Shown here piece by piece: positions 29,587-39,167 of a stretch of 64,000 nucleotides of DNA (the stretch's first letter is position 1; each line of letters starts with the position of its first letter). The translations under genes and the position numbers were made by a program. Under the pieces are notes generated by a model. That model worked only from the letters and a program-made list of their open reading frames with translations, made no database searches and had not been told where the DNA came from. Origin of the DNA: an uncultured Acidobacteriaceae bacterium (GTDB lineage Bacteria; Acidobacteriota; Terriglobia; Terriglobales; Acidobacteriaceae); contig CAVZPC010000008.1 of NCBI GenBank assembly GCA_963777005.1, positions 1,781-65,780 of the forward strand. The letters run 5' to 3'.

Positions 29587-30633
29587 ATGTTCTCAGAAGG
29601 CATTCACCAGTCTAATCAAAATCTGCTTACATATCCCTTGGTTCTCGAAACCACGGATGTGGAAGAGGCGGCGTCCGTGCTGGCCGAGTCCGCCGTCCCC
29701 TATCGCTCAGAATTGATCGGTGCCAGGCCGGCGTTTTCCACCCAGATTTTTGGGGCTCAAAGTCCGCGAATGCATTTGTCGACGGTTAAAACTACTGGGG
29801 CCATGAAGGTCCAAGCCCAGTTGCCCGACGATTCCTACGCCGTTGTTCTCTCCGTGTCCGGGGATGTGGAGCATCGCGTGGCCGACGAGATCGTCCCGGT
29901 GCGTTCGGGGTGGGGATTAGTGCAATCGCCATTGCAGGTGGTCGAAGCCCGGACTCCCGAGCGCTTCGAATTGCTTTTTCTAAGACTCAGCCGCGAGAAT
30001 TTGGTTCAGGAATTGGAGAAGATGCTTCTGCGGCGGATTAACTCTCCCTTGGTCTTTTCTCCCGGTTTCAATCTGAGGACCGAGGCAGGACAGCGCTTTC
30101 GCCGCCTGGTGTTGAGTCTGTGCAGTCACCTCGAACGGATGCGTGCCGCCGGCAGCGATCCAGAGGGCGAGTCAGACAGTGAACAAGAGAAGCAATACGA
30201 GCTGGCTGCGCGCGCACTGGAGAATGATCTGGTGGCGCTCCTGCTAGAGGCGCAGCGCCATAACTATACACGCTTGCTGGTTCGCTCTCGCTATGCAGGT
30301 CCCTGGCAGGTGCGTGCCGCCGAAGAGTACATGAGCGCCAACGCACATCTGGCGCTGTCTCTGGGCGATATCTGCATGGCCGCAGGGGTGAGTTCGAGAA
30401 CCCTGCAACACAGCTTCCAGCGAAAACGCGGATACACTCCCATGCAGTTTCTGCGCCGACTGCGCATGGAGCGCGTGCGTGACGATCTTGCCCAAACGAA
30501 TCAGGTCACGACCGTGACCAAAGCCGCCTCGCGTTGGGGCTTCCTGCACTTCGGCCGCTTCGCCGCGGAGTACCAGGCGCGTTTCGGGGAGAAACCGTCC
30601 GAGACCCTGCAGCGCTCCCGAACGCAAAGTTAA
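29587..30633 (+). CDS. AraC-family transcriptional regulator
   Basis: C-terminal double HTH (LSLGDICMAAGVSSRTLQHSFQ ... ASRWGFLHFGRFAAEYQARFGEKPSETL). The start is uncertain; the ORF is open from 29527. Confidence 0.8.
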   Translation: MFSEGIHQSNQNLLTYPLVLETTDVEEAASVLAESAVPYRSELIGARPAFSTQIFGAQSPRMHLSTVKTTGAMKVQAQLPDDSYAVVLSVSGDVEHRVADEIVPVRSGWGLVQSPLQVVEARTPERFELLFLRLSRENLVQELEKMLLRRINSPLVFSPGFNLRTEAGQRFRRLVLSLCSHLERMRAAGSDPEGESDSEQEKQYELAARALENDLVALLLEAQRHNYTRLLVRSRYAGPWQVRAAEEYMSANAHLALSLGDICMAAGVSSRTLQHSFQRKRGYTPMQFLRRLRMERVRDDLAQTNQVTTVTKAASRWGFLHFGRFAAEYQARFGEKPSETLQRSRTQS

Positions 30634-30654
30634 AGCGGGTAGGTGATGTGAGGA

Positions 30655-32988
30655 CTAGCCGCGTAGCTCGGATAGCGCCTTGCGCGCTTCGCTGTTATTC
30701 GGATTGATCCTCAAGGCGCGCTCCAGTTGCTGTCGCGCTTGCGCTGGCTGGTTCACTTTCTGATAGGCGAGCCCGAGATGAAGGTGAACGGTCGGATCGT
30801 CAAACTCGCCACGCTTCTCGTTGAGCCGCAGCGACTCCTGGAACAGATCAATCGCAGATTTGTACACACCCTTCTGGTAATAAGCCAAACCTAAGGTGTC
30901 TGCGACATTCGAGGAGTTTGGCATCCCACGCCGCGCCGTCTGGGCCATCGCCAGCGCGACATCAACATTGCCGTCGCCGTTGCGGCTTATCTGCTGGAGG
31001 ATCAAGTAGGCCAGATTGTTGGAGGCCAGGGGATTGTCAGGCTGAATTTCCAGCGCCTTCTGGTACATCGCTTTCGCGTTAGTCCAATCCTGTTGCGATT
31101 CGTACATCTCTCCCGCAAGAATGTAGAATCCGATGTCCCGGGGATGATCCTTGATCGATTGTTGATACGTGGCTAGCGCCTGGCTGACAGAGCCCTCTGC
31201 GGCCTGCACCTGCCCTAACTTCAAAAGCGCATCGGAATTATTTTTATCCAGTTCGATTGCCTTGCGCAGCGCAGCCTCCGCGCCGCTCAGGTCTTTTTTC
31301 TGAGACAGCGCCGACCCTAAGAGATCGTAGAAACCGCTGCTGCCGGGCGATTTGGCGATCTGCGCCCGGGCTGCGGCGACGGCTTGATCAGGCTGCTTTT
31401 GAGTCAGATAGACGTTCATGATTCCCTGCAGGGCGTCGGTGGACGTCGCATCCTTATCGAGCGCCTGGTAGAAAAACTTAATTGCCTCCGGGTACTGTTT
31501 CTGCGCCTGATAAAGATCCCCCATGTATATGTAAGGAGCCGGACTTCCGGGGGCCATCCCCATGGTTTTGGTGAGGTCTTGCTGGGCATCGGAATATTTC
31601 TGGCGATTCATCTCGACCAGAGCGCGCATCAGGTAGCCGTCGGGCGCGTAAGGCGCAACCGTAATGATCTGTTGCGCGGTTTGCATAAGGGCATCCAGAT
31701 CGCCGCGGCTCCTTTCCAGTTCGGCCAGCGCGCGTTGCGCCTCCATGAGGTCGGGCCGGAGCCGCGCGGCCTCGCGCAATTCCGACTCGGCACGCGCATC
31801 GTTGTGCTGCATGTCAAAAGCGAGACCCAGTTGATAGTGAGCCACGGCGTTATCTGGTTCGTTATTGATCGCCTGCTGCAGTGAGTCCACTGCCCCGCCC
31901 GCATCGTTGCGGCGAAGCTGTATCTGCCCACGGTAGACCAGCACCTCCACATCATGCGGGTTTGCTTTCAGAACTTCGTCGTTCAGCTTGGTGGCTTCCT
32001 CCAGACGGTTTTTCAGGATCAGAAGCTGTATATAGTTCTTCTTCACCTGCATGTCCTTGGGATGGTCGTTATACAGCGACGAGTATTCAGCCGTAGCTTT
32101 GTCCAGGTCGCCGGTGGCGTAATAAAAGTCTCCCAGCATGCGGTAAGCTTCGGAATTATCGGAAAGATCGCTCTTGGCCTGCTTCAGTAAGGCCTCAGCC
32201 TCAGCTTTCTTGCCTTCGGACATGTAAAGCCGCACCAGCGCCTCGCGAGGTGCGGGATCCTTGGGAGCAAGTTCAATCGCATGCTTGAATTGTTGTTCGG
32301 CCTCGGGCAAGCGATTGCGCTCCTGGTAGAAGCCTCCCAGAGCCAGTTGAGCGTTCGTGGCTTTGGGATCGAGTTGGGCGGCTTTCTTGAAATTAGCTTC
32401 GGCTTGATCGAGCAGATTCGAGCGCAACTGGAGAAGCGCCAGGTCTAGATAAGACTCCGAGCGGTTAGGATCGGCCGCGATGGCTTTCTGCAACTCCTGC
32501 AGCGCCGCTCCGACATTGCTCTCAGCTGCATAATAGTCAGCCCACGCCTGGAAAACTTTGGGGTTCTGGGTTTGTTTCTCGCGCAGGAGATCGAGGTGTG
32601 TGCGTGCCTGTTTCAATCGGTCATTGTTGATCGATCCGTCAGGGTTCCTCGAATTCCCAACCAAAAGATTGGCGAGATCGATGTGGGCCTGATAGTTGTC
32701 AGGAGTGACGTCTACCACTTGCGAGAGTTCCTGGAAGGCCTGGAAGCCATTGCCGAGTTTGAGATAAGTTTCTCCCAGTTTGAAACGTGCCTGGGCGAAC
32801 CGGGGGTCCAATTTCAGTGCGTTGAGGTACTGGATTTTGGCTTCGTTGTACTTGCCTTTATCAAAATAACGGTCGCCACTCTCCAGATATTTCTGCTTGC
32901 GGATATTGGGATCGCGCGAACATCCAGTAAACAGAACGGTGATGACAAGCCCGACAACCAACAGACGGGCGACCACAAAGCAGCTCAT
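30655..32988 (-). CDS. TPR-repeat lipoprotein
   Basis: Lipoprotein signal MSCFVVARLLVVGLVITVLFTGC with a GGAGAAG RBS, followed by about 20 TPR-like repeats across roughly 777 aa. Confidence 0.85.
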   Translation of the reverse strand: MSCFVVARLLVVGLVITVLFTGCSRDPNIRKQKYLESGDRYFDKGKYNEAKIQYLNALKLDPRFAQARFKLGETYLKLGNGFQAFQELSQVVDVTPDNYQAHIDLANLLVGNSRNPDGSINNDRLKQARTHLDLLREKQTQNPKVFQAWADYYAAESNVGAALQELQKAIAADPNRSESYLDLALLQLRSNLLDQAEANFKKAAQLDPKATNAQLALGGFYQERNRLPEAEQQFKHAIELAPKDPAPREALVRLYMSEGKKAEAEALLKQAKSDLSDNSEAYRMLGDFYYATGDLDKATAEYSSLYNDHPKDMQVKKNYIQLLILKNRLEEATKLNDEVLKANPHDVEVLVYRGQIQLRRNDAGGAVDSLQQAINNEPDNAVAHYQLGLAFDMQHNDARAESELREAARLRPDLMEAQRALAELERSRGDLDALMQTAQQIITVAPYAPDGYLMRALVEMNRQKYSDAQQDLTKTMGMAPGSPAPYIYMGDLYQAQKQYPEAIKFFYQALDKDATSTDALQGIMNVYLTQKQPDQAVAAARAQIAKSPGSSGFYDLLGSALSQKKDLSGAEAALRKAIELDKNNSDALLKLGQVQAAEGSVSQALATYQQSIKDHPRDIGFYILAGEMYESQQDWTNAKAMYQKALEIQPDNPLASNNLAYLILQQISRNGDGNVDVALAMAQTARRGMPNSSNVADTLGLAYYQKGVYKSAIDLFQESLRLNEKRGEFDDPTVHLHLGLAYQKVNQPAQARQQLERALRINPNNSEARKALSELRG

Positions 32989-33205
32989 TTCTTCTCCACG
33001 AAAGACGCGAACACGCATACGATTGCAAACTCAAGGAATGCTACAACGAGCGACCGCAACAAACCCTACATCATGCCTAGCGGACATTCATTGTACGTGA
33101 ATGATTGCGCTCCAGTGTGAATTGAATGTGACAACTAAGGTGTTGGCTGGCCCATTTAGAGGGTTGCTGAAGGGCGCAAGTGGTTTGAAATCAATGGGTG
33201 AGAAC

Positions 33206-33236
33206 TGCGCAATCGAGGAACCTCCTCGATTGCGCA
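33206..33236 (-). terminator. Strong hairpin downstream of the sedolisin gene (no U-tract)
   Basis: 14-bp perfect stem tgcgcaatcgagga / tcctcgattgcgca with a 3-nt loop, 17 nt after the stop. Confidence 0.4.
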
Positions 33237-33252
33237 CTTCGAGTTGCGGTGC

Positions 33253-34881
33253 CTAAGTGCCTGTCTTCCGGGCTGGCGGCTGAGCCGGCACCCCTAATGC
33301 TACGGCAACCTGGCTCCCGATCGGCGACCCCAGTCCGGAGCATGCATCCCAGCCCGGGCCGGCGGAATAGGCCCCATTGTTGCCGGAGATGATGTCACTG
33401 AAATCGGCGGCGGTCCCCGTGTTCTGATAAAGCAATGGGTTGATAAATCCCGCCGATTTTCCGAGGCTCTCGTTGATCAGCGCGATCAATCCCGCCCAGA
33501 GCGGTGCTACAGCGCTCGTTCCTCCGATCACGTCAGCCTTGCCGTCAACGAGGGTAACGTATCCAGTGGTCGGATCGGCGTCTCCCGCAACGTCCGGAAC
33601 CCCGCGTCCAACATGTCCACCGGGATTCGCCGAAGGTGGAACTCCCGCCGCACTCTGGTAACTCGGAAGCGGAAACACGTCACTGATGCCGCCTCCGGTT
33701 GCACCTTCATTGTTGGCGAGTTCGTTCCACACCGTTTCGTTCGTGATGTTATTGCCCGACGCCACCAGCTGTGTGCCTCCACAGGCCAGTACATTGGGAC
33801 TGGATGCTGGGAAATCCACGTGGTTTAGCCCATCGGTTACACCATCAGTCGAACCGTCATCTCCCGCCGCCACGCAAACCGTCACGCCCATTGCAGCTGC
33901 AGATTGGAAGGCCTCGTCCATCGACGTCATGGCCTGCTGGGTCCAGGAAGATTCGGGACCACCCCAACTGATCGACACGATGGAAGGGTTGTTCGTGCTG
34001 TCGTGCACCGCAGTGGTGATCGCATTCAGGAAGCCAGCGTCCGTGTTCTCGGCAAAATAAGCGATAATCTTTGCCCCCGGCGCAATCGCCCCGGATACCT
34101 CGATATCTAACATCACTTCGCCATCGGGCCCGTTCGGGTCTCCCGTAGGATTGTTGCTGCCGTTTCCTACCGAGACTGCAGAAACGCTAGGAGTTTTCGC
34201 CAGCTGGAGTTGACTCCAGTAGCTGCTTAGATCCGTTGGATTGAACCCACCTCCAAGTTCGATCAGGGCGATGCATTCTCCGGATCCATCCACGCCGGTG
34301 GGATAGTCGTAGAGAGTGGCGACTTGGATCGGCGTGTAGGAGAGGTTTACGACCGCGGCACGAGCGCCGGTTCGTCCGTGCCGTCTACGAAAATGCGGTT
34401 TGGCTTGGGGACGGTTATCCAGGCCAAAGACACCTTCGATCACATCCTGCAAATCCGCGGGAATATGGATTGGTCCAGTACGACCCCGATACCTTCCGGA
34501 CGGATGATCATATTCTTTTAGTTCGACGCCAAATGCCTGGTTCATGGCTGTGACGGTCCCGGACAGGATGACCGTCCGTCGTGCCACGCTCTTTTCCTTC
34601 ACTTTGAGTTTGTGTTCGCGGGCAAACGCCTCCACGCGGGCAATGCCCTCCGGATCAGCGCCGTGGTGTTTTTCGAACTCTCCGCGCGTAAAAATGGCGC
34701 GCTTCTCAATGGGCTTGGTAAATTCCTTCGGACTGACGGGCGGTTTTTTCCCGGCACGCGATCGCAAACGGATGGTCACGTCAACTGTCTCATTGGGATT
34801 CGCTGGGCCGACTTCGCGCGCTCCTTCTAACGGCGCTCGCTCACTACCGGCAAGTGGAAGACGATTCTTCGGAGTAGACAT
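33253..34881 (-). CDS. S53-family serine peptidase (sedolisin / kumamolisin-like) with pro-domain
   Basis: ATG at 34881 behind AAGGAG. The pro-kumamolisin-like N-terminal part is followed by a catalytic region containing GGTSAVAPLWAGLIALINE. No signal peptide is visible. Confidence 0.85.
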   Translation of the reverse strand: MSTPKNRLPLAGSERAPLEGAREVGPANPNETVDVTIRLRSRAGKKPPVSPKEFTKPIEKRAIFTRGEFEKHHGADPEGIARVEAFAREHKLKVKEKSVARRTVILSGTVTAMNQAFGVELKEYDHPSGRYRGRTGPIHIPADLQDVIEGVFGLDNRPQAKPHFRRRHGRTGARAAVVNLSYTPIQVATLYDYPTGVDGSGECIALIELGGGFNPTDLSSYWSQLQLAKTPSVSAVSVGNGSNNPTGDPNGPDGEVMLDIEVSGAIAPGAKIIAYFAENTDAGFLNAITTAVHDSTNNPSIVSISWGGPESSWTQQAMTSMDEAFQSAAAMGVTVCVAAGDDGSTDGVTDGLNHVDFPASSPNVLACGGTQLVASGNNITNETVWNELANNEGATGGGISDVFPLPSYQSAAGVPPSANPGGHVGRGVPDVAGDADPTTGYVTLVDGKADVIGGTSAVAPLWAGLIALINESLGKSAGFINPLLYQNTGTAADFSDIISGNNGAYSAGPGWDACSGLGSPIGSQVAVALGVPAQPPARKTGT

Positions 34882-35143
34882 AGATCTCCTTTCGATTGGG
34901 CCGAGCCTGGAGTCGAACCGAAGCAGAGAAGCATTACCACAGGAGTATTTTCGCAAACCACCCAGGAAAAGGAGCCTAGCCCTCTGCCATCCCCGAGATC
35001 AGTGCTGGCCCGTTAGTTGGTTGGAAAGTAGCAGTAGACCGGCGACGACGCAAGTGGTTTCTCGTGCTTGTTACGAAAAACGAACAGCAAGTCCTAAGTT
35101 AAGACCAGAGATATCTGTCGTTAAACTGTGCCGAGATGGAACG

Positions 35144-36004
35144 CTAGGTGATGTCGGAATAATGCGGAGATGAGAAGAAATCCGTCCGCTGCCAGAATTT
35201 TGCGTAGCATTCAGTGCATACCCAGTGATGACCGTTGGTGTAGCCCGTGCCATGGTCGGCATCATCCGGCGATTCATATAACTCCCAGCGACAGATGAAG
35301 CAGTGATCTTTCTTCCACCCGCCTTTGACGAGTTCGAAATGTTCGGCATCCTCGGCGAGGCGCAGATCAAAAGAAATTTTGCCGGTCTTTTTTTCTATCA
35401 CAACGTCGGCATTGGTCCAGGCGCGCCTGGCCCAGTGCCAGTTGCGAATGCGGCAGCGCTGGACCGATTCGTGAATCCGGTCGGCGCTGCGGGCGATGCC
35501 ATGAATGAGAATCGCACCTCCGGCGAGGGAACCGGAGCTGCGGGTGCGAATGGCTTCATAAATTCCTGGCATCGAGTGCTTCTCGGCCTCAGTTGCGAGT
35601 TGTAGCCGAATGCTCGCAGCGTCGGCTCCGCCTTCGCGCAAGAGCGAGGCGGCAAAGCAGTCCTCTTCGTCGAGCAAGCCAAGAAACAGGTGCTCGGTTC
35701 CGATGTGCCTGTGAGCCAGCCGCTCGGCTTCGTCGGCTGCGTGTTTCAGGACTCGCTTAGCGGCGCTGCTCAGCGGCAAATCGACATTGGTTGGGAGCGT
35801 GGGGCGCGATCTTGAAAGGTCATCGATTCGCCGGCGGATGGTTTCAGGAGTTGCCTGCAGTAGCCAACGGTGCAAGGCCTTATTCTCGCGCAAAAGTCCG
35901 AGGAGCAGATGCTCGGTGTCGATTTCCTGCAAGCCATACTGGCAAGCTTCGTAGCGCGCGAAGAAGATTACTCGCCGCGCTTTCTCGGTGTATCGCTCGA
36001 ACAT
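35144..36004 (-). CDS. Clp N-terminal (Clp_N repeat) domain protein with a Cys-rich C-terminal domain and no AAA+ module
   Basis: MFERYTEKARRVIFFARYEA...IDTEHLLLGLL and a second repeat IGTEHLFLGLL. The C-terminus reads CFICRWE...HHWVCTECYAKFW. Confidence 0.75.
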   Translation of the reverse strand: MFERYTEKARRVIFFARYEACQYGLQEIDTEHLLLGLLRENKALHRWLLQATPETIRRRIDDLSRSRPTLPTNVDLPLSSAAKRVLKHAADEAERLAHRHIGTEHLFLGLLDEEDCFAASLLREGGADAASIRLQLATEAEKHSMPGIYEAIRTRSSGSLAGGAILIHGIARSADRIHESVQRCRIRNWHWARRAWTNADVVIEKKTGKISFDLRLAEDAEHFELVKGGWKKDHCFICRWELYESPDDADHGTGYTNGHHWVCTECYAKFWQRTDFFSSPHYSDIT

Positions 36005-36007
36005 GTT

Positions 36008-37438
36008 CTACTCCACGGCTGTAACCTTCCGAGCGTTGCGCTTCCAATACAAGTATCCCGGAACGCCCACCAGCACGATGGCAGTGCCCCAGAAGGCCTC
36101 GGTGGGACGGGTGATGATTGTGTTCAACGTCCAGGCGGCGCCGACGAGCACGTAGATCGCTGGGAGCCACGGATATCCCGTGCAGCGGTAGGGACGCGGA
36201 ATGTCGGGACGCTTCCAGCGCAGGAGAAACATTCCGATCACGGTCAGCGTGTAGGAGAGCACCATGCCGTAGATGACATAGGTGTAGAGCTGATCGTAGC
36301 GGCCGCTGATGGTGAGCAATGCGGCCCAGATACCTTGTCCAACCAGGCTGAAGGCGGGCGTGCGCCATTTGGGATGGATCACCGCCATGCGCTTGAAGAA
36401 GACGCCATCCTGCGCCATGGCAAGATAAACGCGGGCACCGGAGAGGGTGCAGGTAGCCGCAGCGCTGAAACAGGAAATCGCAATCATCAACGACAACCAC
36501 ACGGCGGCGTGCGGAGAAAACAACGCAGCTGCGGCGGCGTGCGCGATGGTTTCGTGCCGCGCGATCTCGCCAAGCGGCAGAGCGTAGAGATAGGTCACGT
36601 TCATCGCCATGTAGATCGCGCCCACGACAACCACGCCCAGTACCATGGCCAATGGAACATTGCGGCGCGGTTCTTTCACCTCGCCCGCGACCCACGTGAT
36701 GTACACCCATCCGTCATAGGCCCAGAAAACTGCAATCAGCGCGATGCCCATGGCGGAGATTAATTGTGTGGGGTGAAGTCCCATGGTGAGGCTGACGCCG
36801 TGGGAGCGGAAGTGCGACCAGTCGCCTTTGCCGATAGCGAATCCGAGAAATACGAAGGCGGCCATGGCTGCGAACTTCGTCCAGGTGGAAAGATTCTGCA
36901 GCAGCGTGCCCCAGCGCAGGCCGACCACGTTCACATATGTCAGGATGGCGATGAGCAGCAGGCCGAACAGGTGCGCGCGGGTGATGGCGATTCCAAGGAT
37001 AGAAACGACGACGTGCTCTTGCGAGAGGATGGGGAAGACTTGTCCGGTATAAGCCGCGGAAGCCACGGAGAGCGCGGCAATCGTGCCGCCATTGGCGACC
37101 GCAAACAGCATCCATCCATAGAGGAATGCGACCAGGTCGCCGTAGGCTTCGCGTAGATACACGTACTGGCCGCCGGATTCGGGGAACATCGATCCGAGCT
37201 CAGCGAAGGCGACGCACCCGAAGAGTGAAATCACGCCGCCGATCACCCAGACCAGCAAGAACAGCATGGGCTGAGGCAGCGGCCCGGCGATGTCTTTCGC
37301 GGTGAGAAAAATTGAGGAGCCGATGATGCCGCTGACCAGCAGCAACACGGAATCGAGCAGGCTGAGCCCGCGAACCAGAGTGGGCTGCGAGATCTTTGCG
37401 GGATTTTCGATAGCGGGCGCTGCGGTGGGCGTTTCCAT
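36008..37438 (-). CDS. APC-superfamily amino acid permease
   Basis: 476 aa with about 12 TM segments and APC-like motifs (GSSIFL, FAELGSMFPESGGQYVY). Its stop is 3 nt from the Clp_N gene start. Confidence 0.9.
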   Translation of the reverse strand: METPTAAPAIENPAKISQPTLVRGLSLLDSVLLLVSGIIGSSIFLTAKDIAGPLPQPMLFLLVWVIGGVISLFGCVAFAELGSMFPESGGQYVYLREAYGDLVAFLYGWMLFAVANGGTIAALSVASAAYTGQVFPILSQEHVVVSILGIAITRAHLFGLLLIAILTYVNVVGLRWGTLLQNLSTWTKFAAMAAFVFLGFAIGKGDWSHFRSHGVSLTMGLHPTQLISAMGIALIAVFWAYDGWVYITWVAGEVKEPRRNVPLAMVLGVVVVGAIYMAMNVTYLYALPLGEIARHETIAHAAAAALFSPHAAVWLSLMIAISCFSAAATCTLSGARVYLAMAQDGVFFKRMAVIHPKWRTPAFSLVGQGIWAALLTISGRYDQLYTYVIYGMVLSYTLTVIGMFLLRWKRPDIPRPYRCTGYPWLPAIYVLVGAAWTLNTIITRPTEAFWGTAIVLVGVPGYLYWKRNARKVTAVE

Positions 37439-37608
37439 TATCCAATTCCCAGTTCGTCAGGAGATTCCAGCGGCGTCCCACAGCGGCGACAGATGACGGC
37501 AGAACAGTCGCCGCAGGTGAGAGGATCGTTGACTTCTTGCGCGCAATTCGGGCAGTAAAGTGATCCCGGGTCAGGCTTGGGTGGAGGGTCTTGAGGACGT
37601 GTCGCCAT
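37438..37608 (-). CDS. Small double zinc-ribbon-like protein (about 56 aa)
   Basis: CPNC...CGDC...CRRC. Its stop overlaps the permease start (TAATG). The start is uncertain (a TTG at 37659 is possible) and no clear RBS is visible. Confidence 0.4.
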   Translation of the reverse strand: MATRPQDPPPKPDPGSLYCPNCAQEVNDPLTCGDCSAVICRRCGTPLESPDELGIG

Positions 37609-37777
37609 GAGGAGGAAAACTGTACCACAGGCGTGGGGGCAGGGGTAGAAGCTAGACAAGGCGGTAGCTCAGATTCTGATTGCCGACCAACTGCCCTGTG
37701 GCGAACTATTCAGGCATTGTGAGTAACATGGCGATTTTGCAACAATCCGCTCGATTTTCGAGCATAATCTTGGTGCG

Positions 37778-38320
37778 ATGAATAACTTGCTTTGCTGGCT
37801 CCCAAGTCTCTGGCGACCGGCGTCAATATTCTACACGCCGGCGCGCCTAGCGACCTTTCACACGATCACGCTGTCACTCATATGTCTCGGAAGCTTGGTT
37901 TTTTTGATCGGCGGTCTAACGGCGAAAGAGGGTGTTAGAAGTCGTGACCAGCGATTAATGTCCCTAACCGGACTATCAGGCCTGTTATACGCAGGACTGG
38001 CCTTGTTTTGGTACTTCCATGTACGCTTTCTCCAATCCCGTGCGGTCGCCGTTGGCTATTACTTCGCCTGGCACCTCTTCGGTGGGATAGCGCTGGGCCT
38101 GTTCTTGTATCTCGGATTTCCAAGAGCTGCGAAGGTCTTGCTCACAGCATCGGGCATATTATTCGTGGCATTCAATATGTTCGTGATCGTCCGCCATCTT
38201 GCATCGTCGACTCTTTTTCTCTGCTTGGGTAACAGTCTGGTCATTGGAGTGTTAATTCCCTCGGCCCTGGTTCTTTGGCTCTACCATCCTAAGACGAACA
38301 ATCAGAGCGGCAATGGCTAA
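37778..38320 (+). CDS. Hypothetical integral membrane protein (about 5 TM segments)
   Basis: 180-aa hydrophobic ORF with GC visibly lower than its neighbours. No recognisable motif. Confidence 0.6.
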   Translation: MNNLLCWLPSLWRPASIFYTPARLATFHTITLSLICLGSLVFLIGGLTAKEGVRSRDQRLMSLTGLSGLLYAGLALFWYFHVRFLQSRAVAVGYYFAWHLFGGIALGLFLYLGFPRAAKVLLTASGILFVAFNMFVIVRHLASSTLFLCLGNSLVIGVLIPSALVLWLYHPKTNNQSGNG

Positions 38321-38412
38321 GAGCCATGCCCGCGGCGACGGCCCGGAATGCGCATGGACGCATAACAGTCGAGAACAGGCCATAGCACTCGGCGACACGT
38401 TAAAATCCTCTC

Positions 38413-39162
38413 ATGCCCGAAAAATCCCTAACTCCTGACGAAAAGCTGCAGCAGGAATTCAACCGCTGGGCCGTGGCTGGCGAAGGCGCGAAGATGGAGA
38501 GCCATCACTTCGATATCACGGCGAAGACGATTCGCCGCATGACCCTGCGTCCGGGTGAGCGCGTGCTGGACCTGGGCTGCGGCTCGGGGTGGGCGACGCG
38601 ACTGCTGGCGCGGCTGGTGGGCGAAGGGCCGGATGGGTTTGGCCAGGTGGTTGGTCTCGATGTCGCGGACGAAATGATTCGCGAGGCGCGCGCGGCTTCG
38701 AAGGATTTCGACAACGTGCTTTACGTCTGGGGATCGGCGCAGCAGATTCCGTGGGAAGAAAATTTCTTCGACAAAGTATTGTCGGTCGAGTCGTTTTACT
38801 ACTACGCCGATCAGGATCGCGCGCTGATGGAATTGTTTCGCGTGATGGCGCCGCGGGGAAGGTTATTCATCCTAATCAATCTATACAAGGATAATCCGTA
38901 TTCGCTGCAGTGGGTGGACAAGCTGAAAGTTCCGGTGCACGTGCGTTCGGCAGCGGAGTACGTCGAGCTGCTGAAGAAACATGCGTTCGAAAATGTGGAA
39001 GCTTGCCGGATTCCCGACGACACTCCCACGCCCGATGACTATCAGACGCAGTCGTTTCATAGCCTCGACGACCTGCGGGCATTCAAGCGAGAGGGCGCTT
39101 TGCTTCTGATGGCAACCAAGCCTGATTTCCGGACTCCCGCGCCGGGCTATACGATTTATTAG
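38413..39162 (+). CDS. Class I SAM-dependent methyltransferase
   Basis: Motif I VLDLGCGSGW and an overall Methyltransf_11-like layout. Confidence 0.85.
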   Translation: MPEKSLTPDEKLQQEFNRWAVAGEGAKMESHHFDITAKTIRRMTLRPGERVLDLGCGSGWATRLLARLVGEGPDGFGQVVGLDVADEMIREARAASKDFDNVLYVWGSAQQIPWEENFFDKVLSVESFYYYADQDRALMELFRVMAPRGRLFILINLYKDNPYSLQWVDKLKVPVHVRSAAEYVELLKKHAFENVEACRIPDDTPTPDDYQTQSFHSLDDLRAFKREGALLLMATKPDFRTPAPGYTIY

Positions 39163-39167
39163 CTTGT

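Noticed and set aside
24225-33018. Resemblance to the PEP-CTERM regulatory trio PrsK/PrsR/PrsT (histidine kinase, sigma54 response regulator, TPR lipoprotein).
   Set aside because: The kinase here is a short soluble protein rather than the large membrane PrsK. The TPR lipoprotein is 5 kb away behind other genes. The giant protein's C-terminus has no PEP motif. No exosortase gene is in the window.
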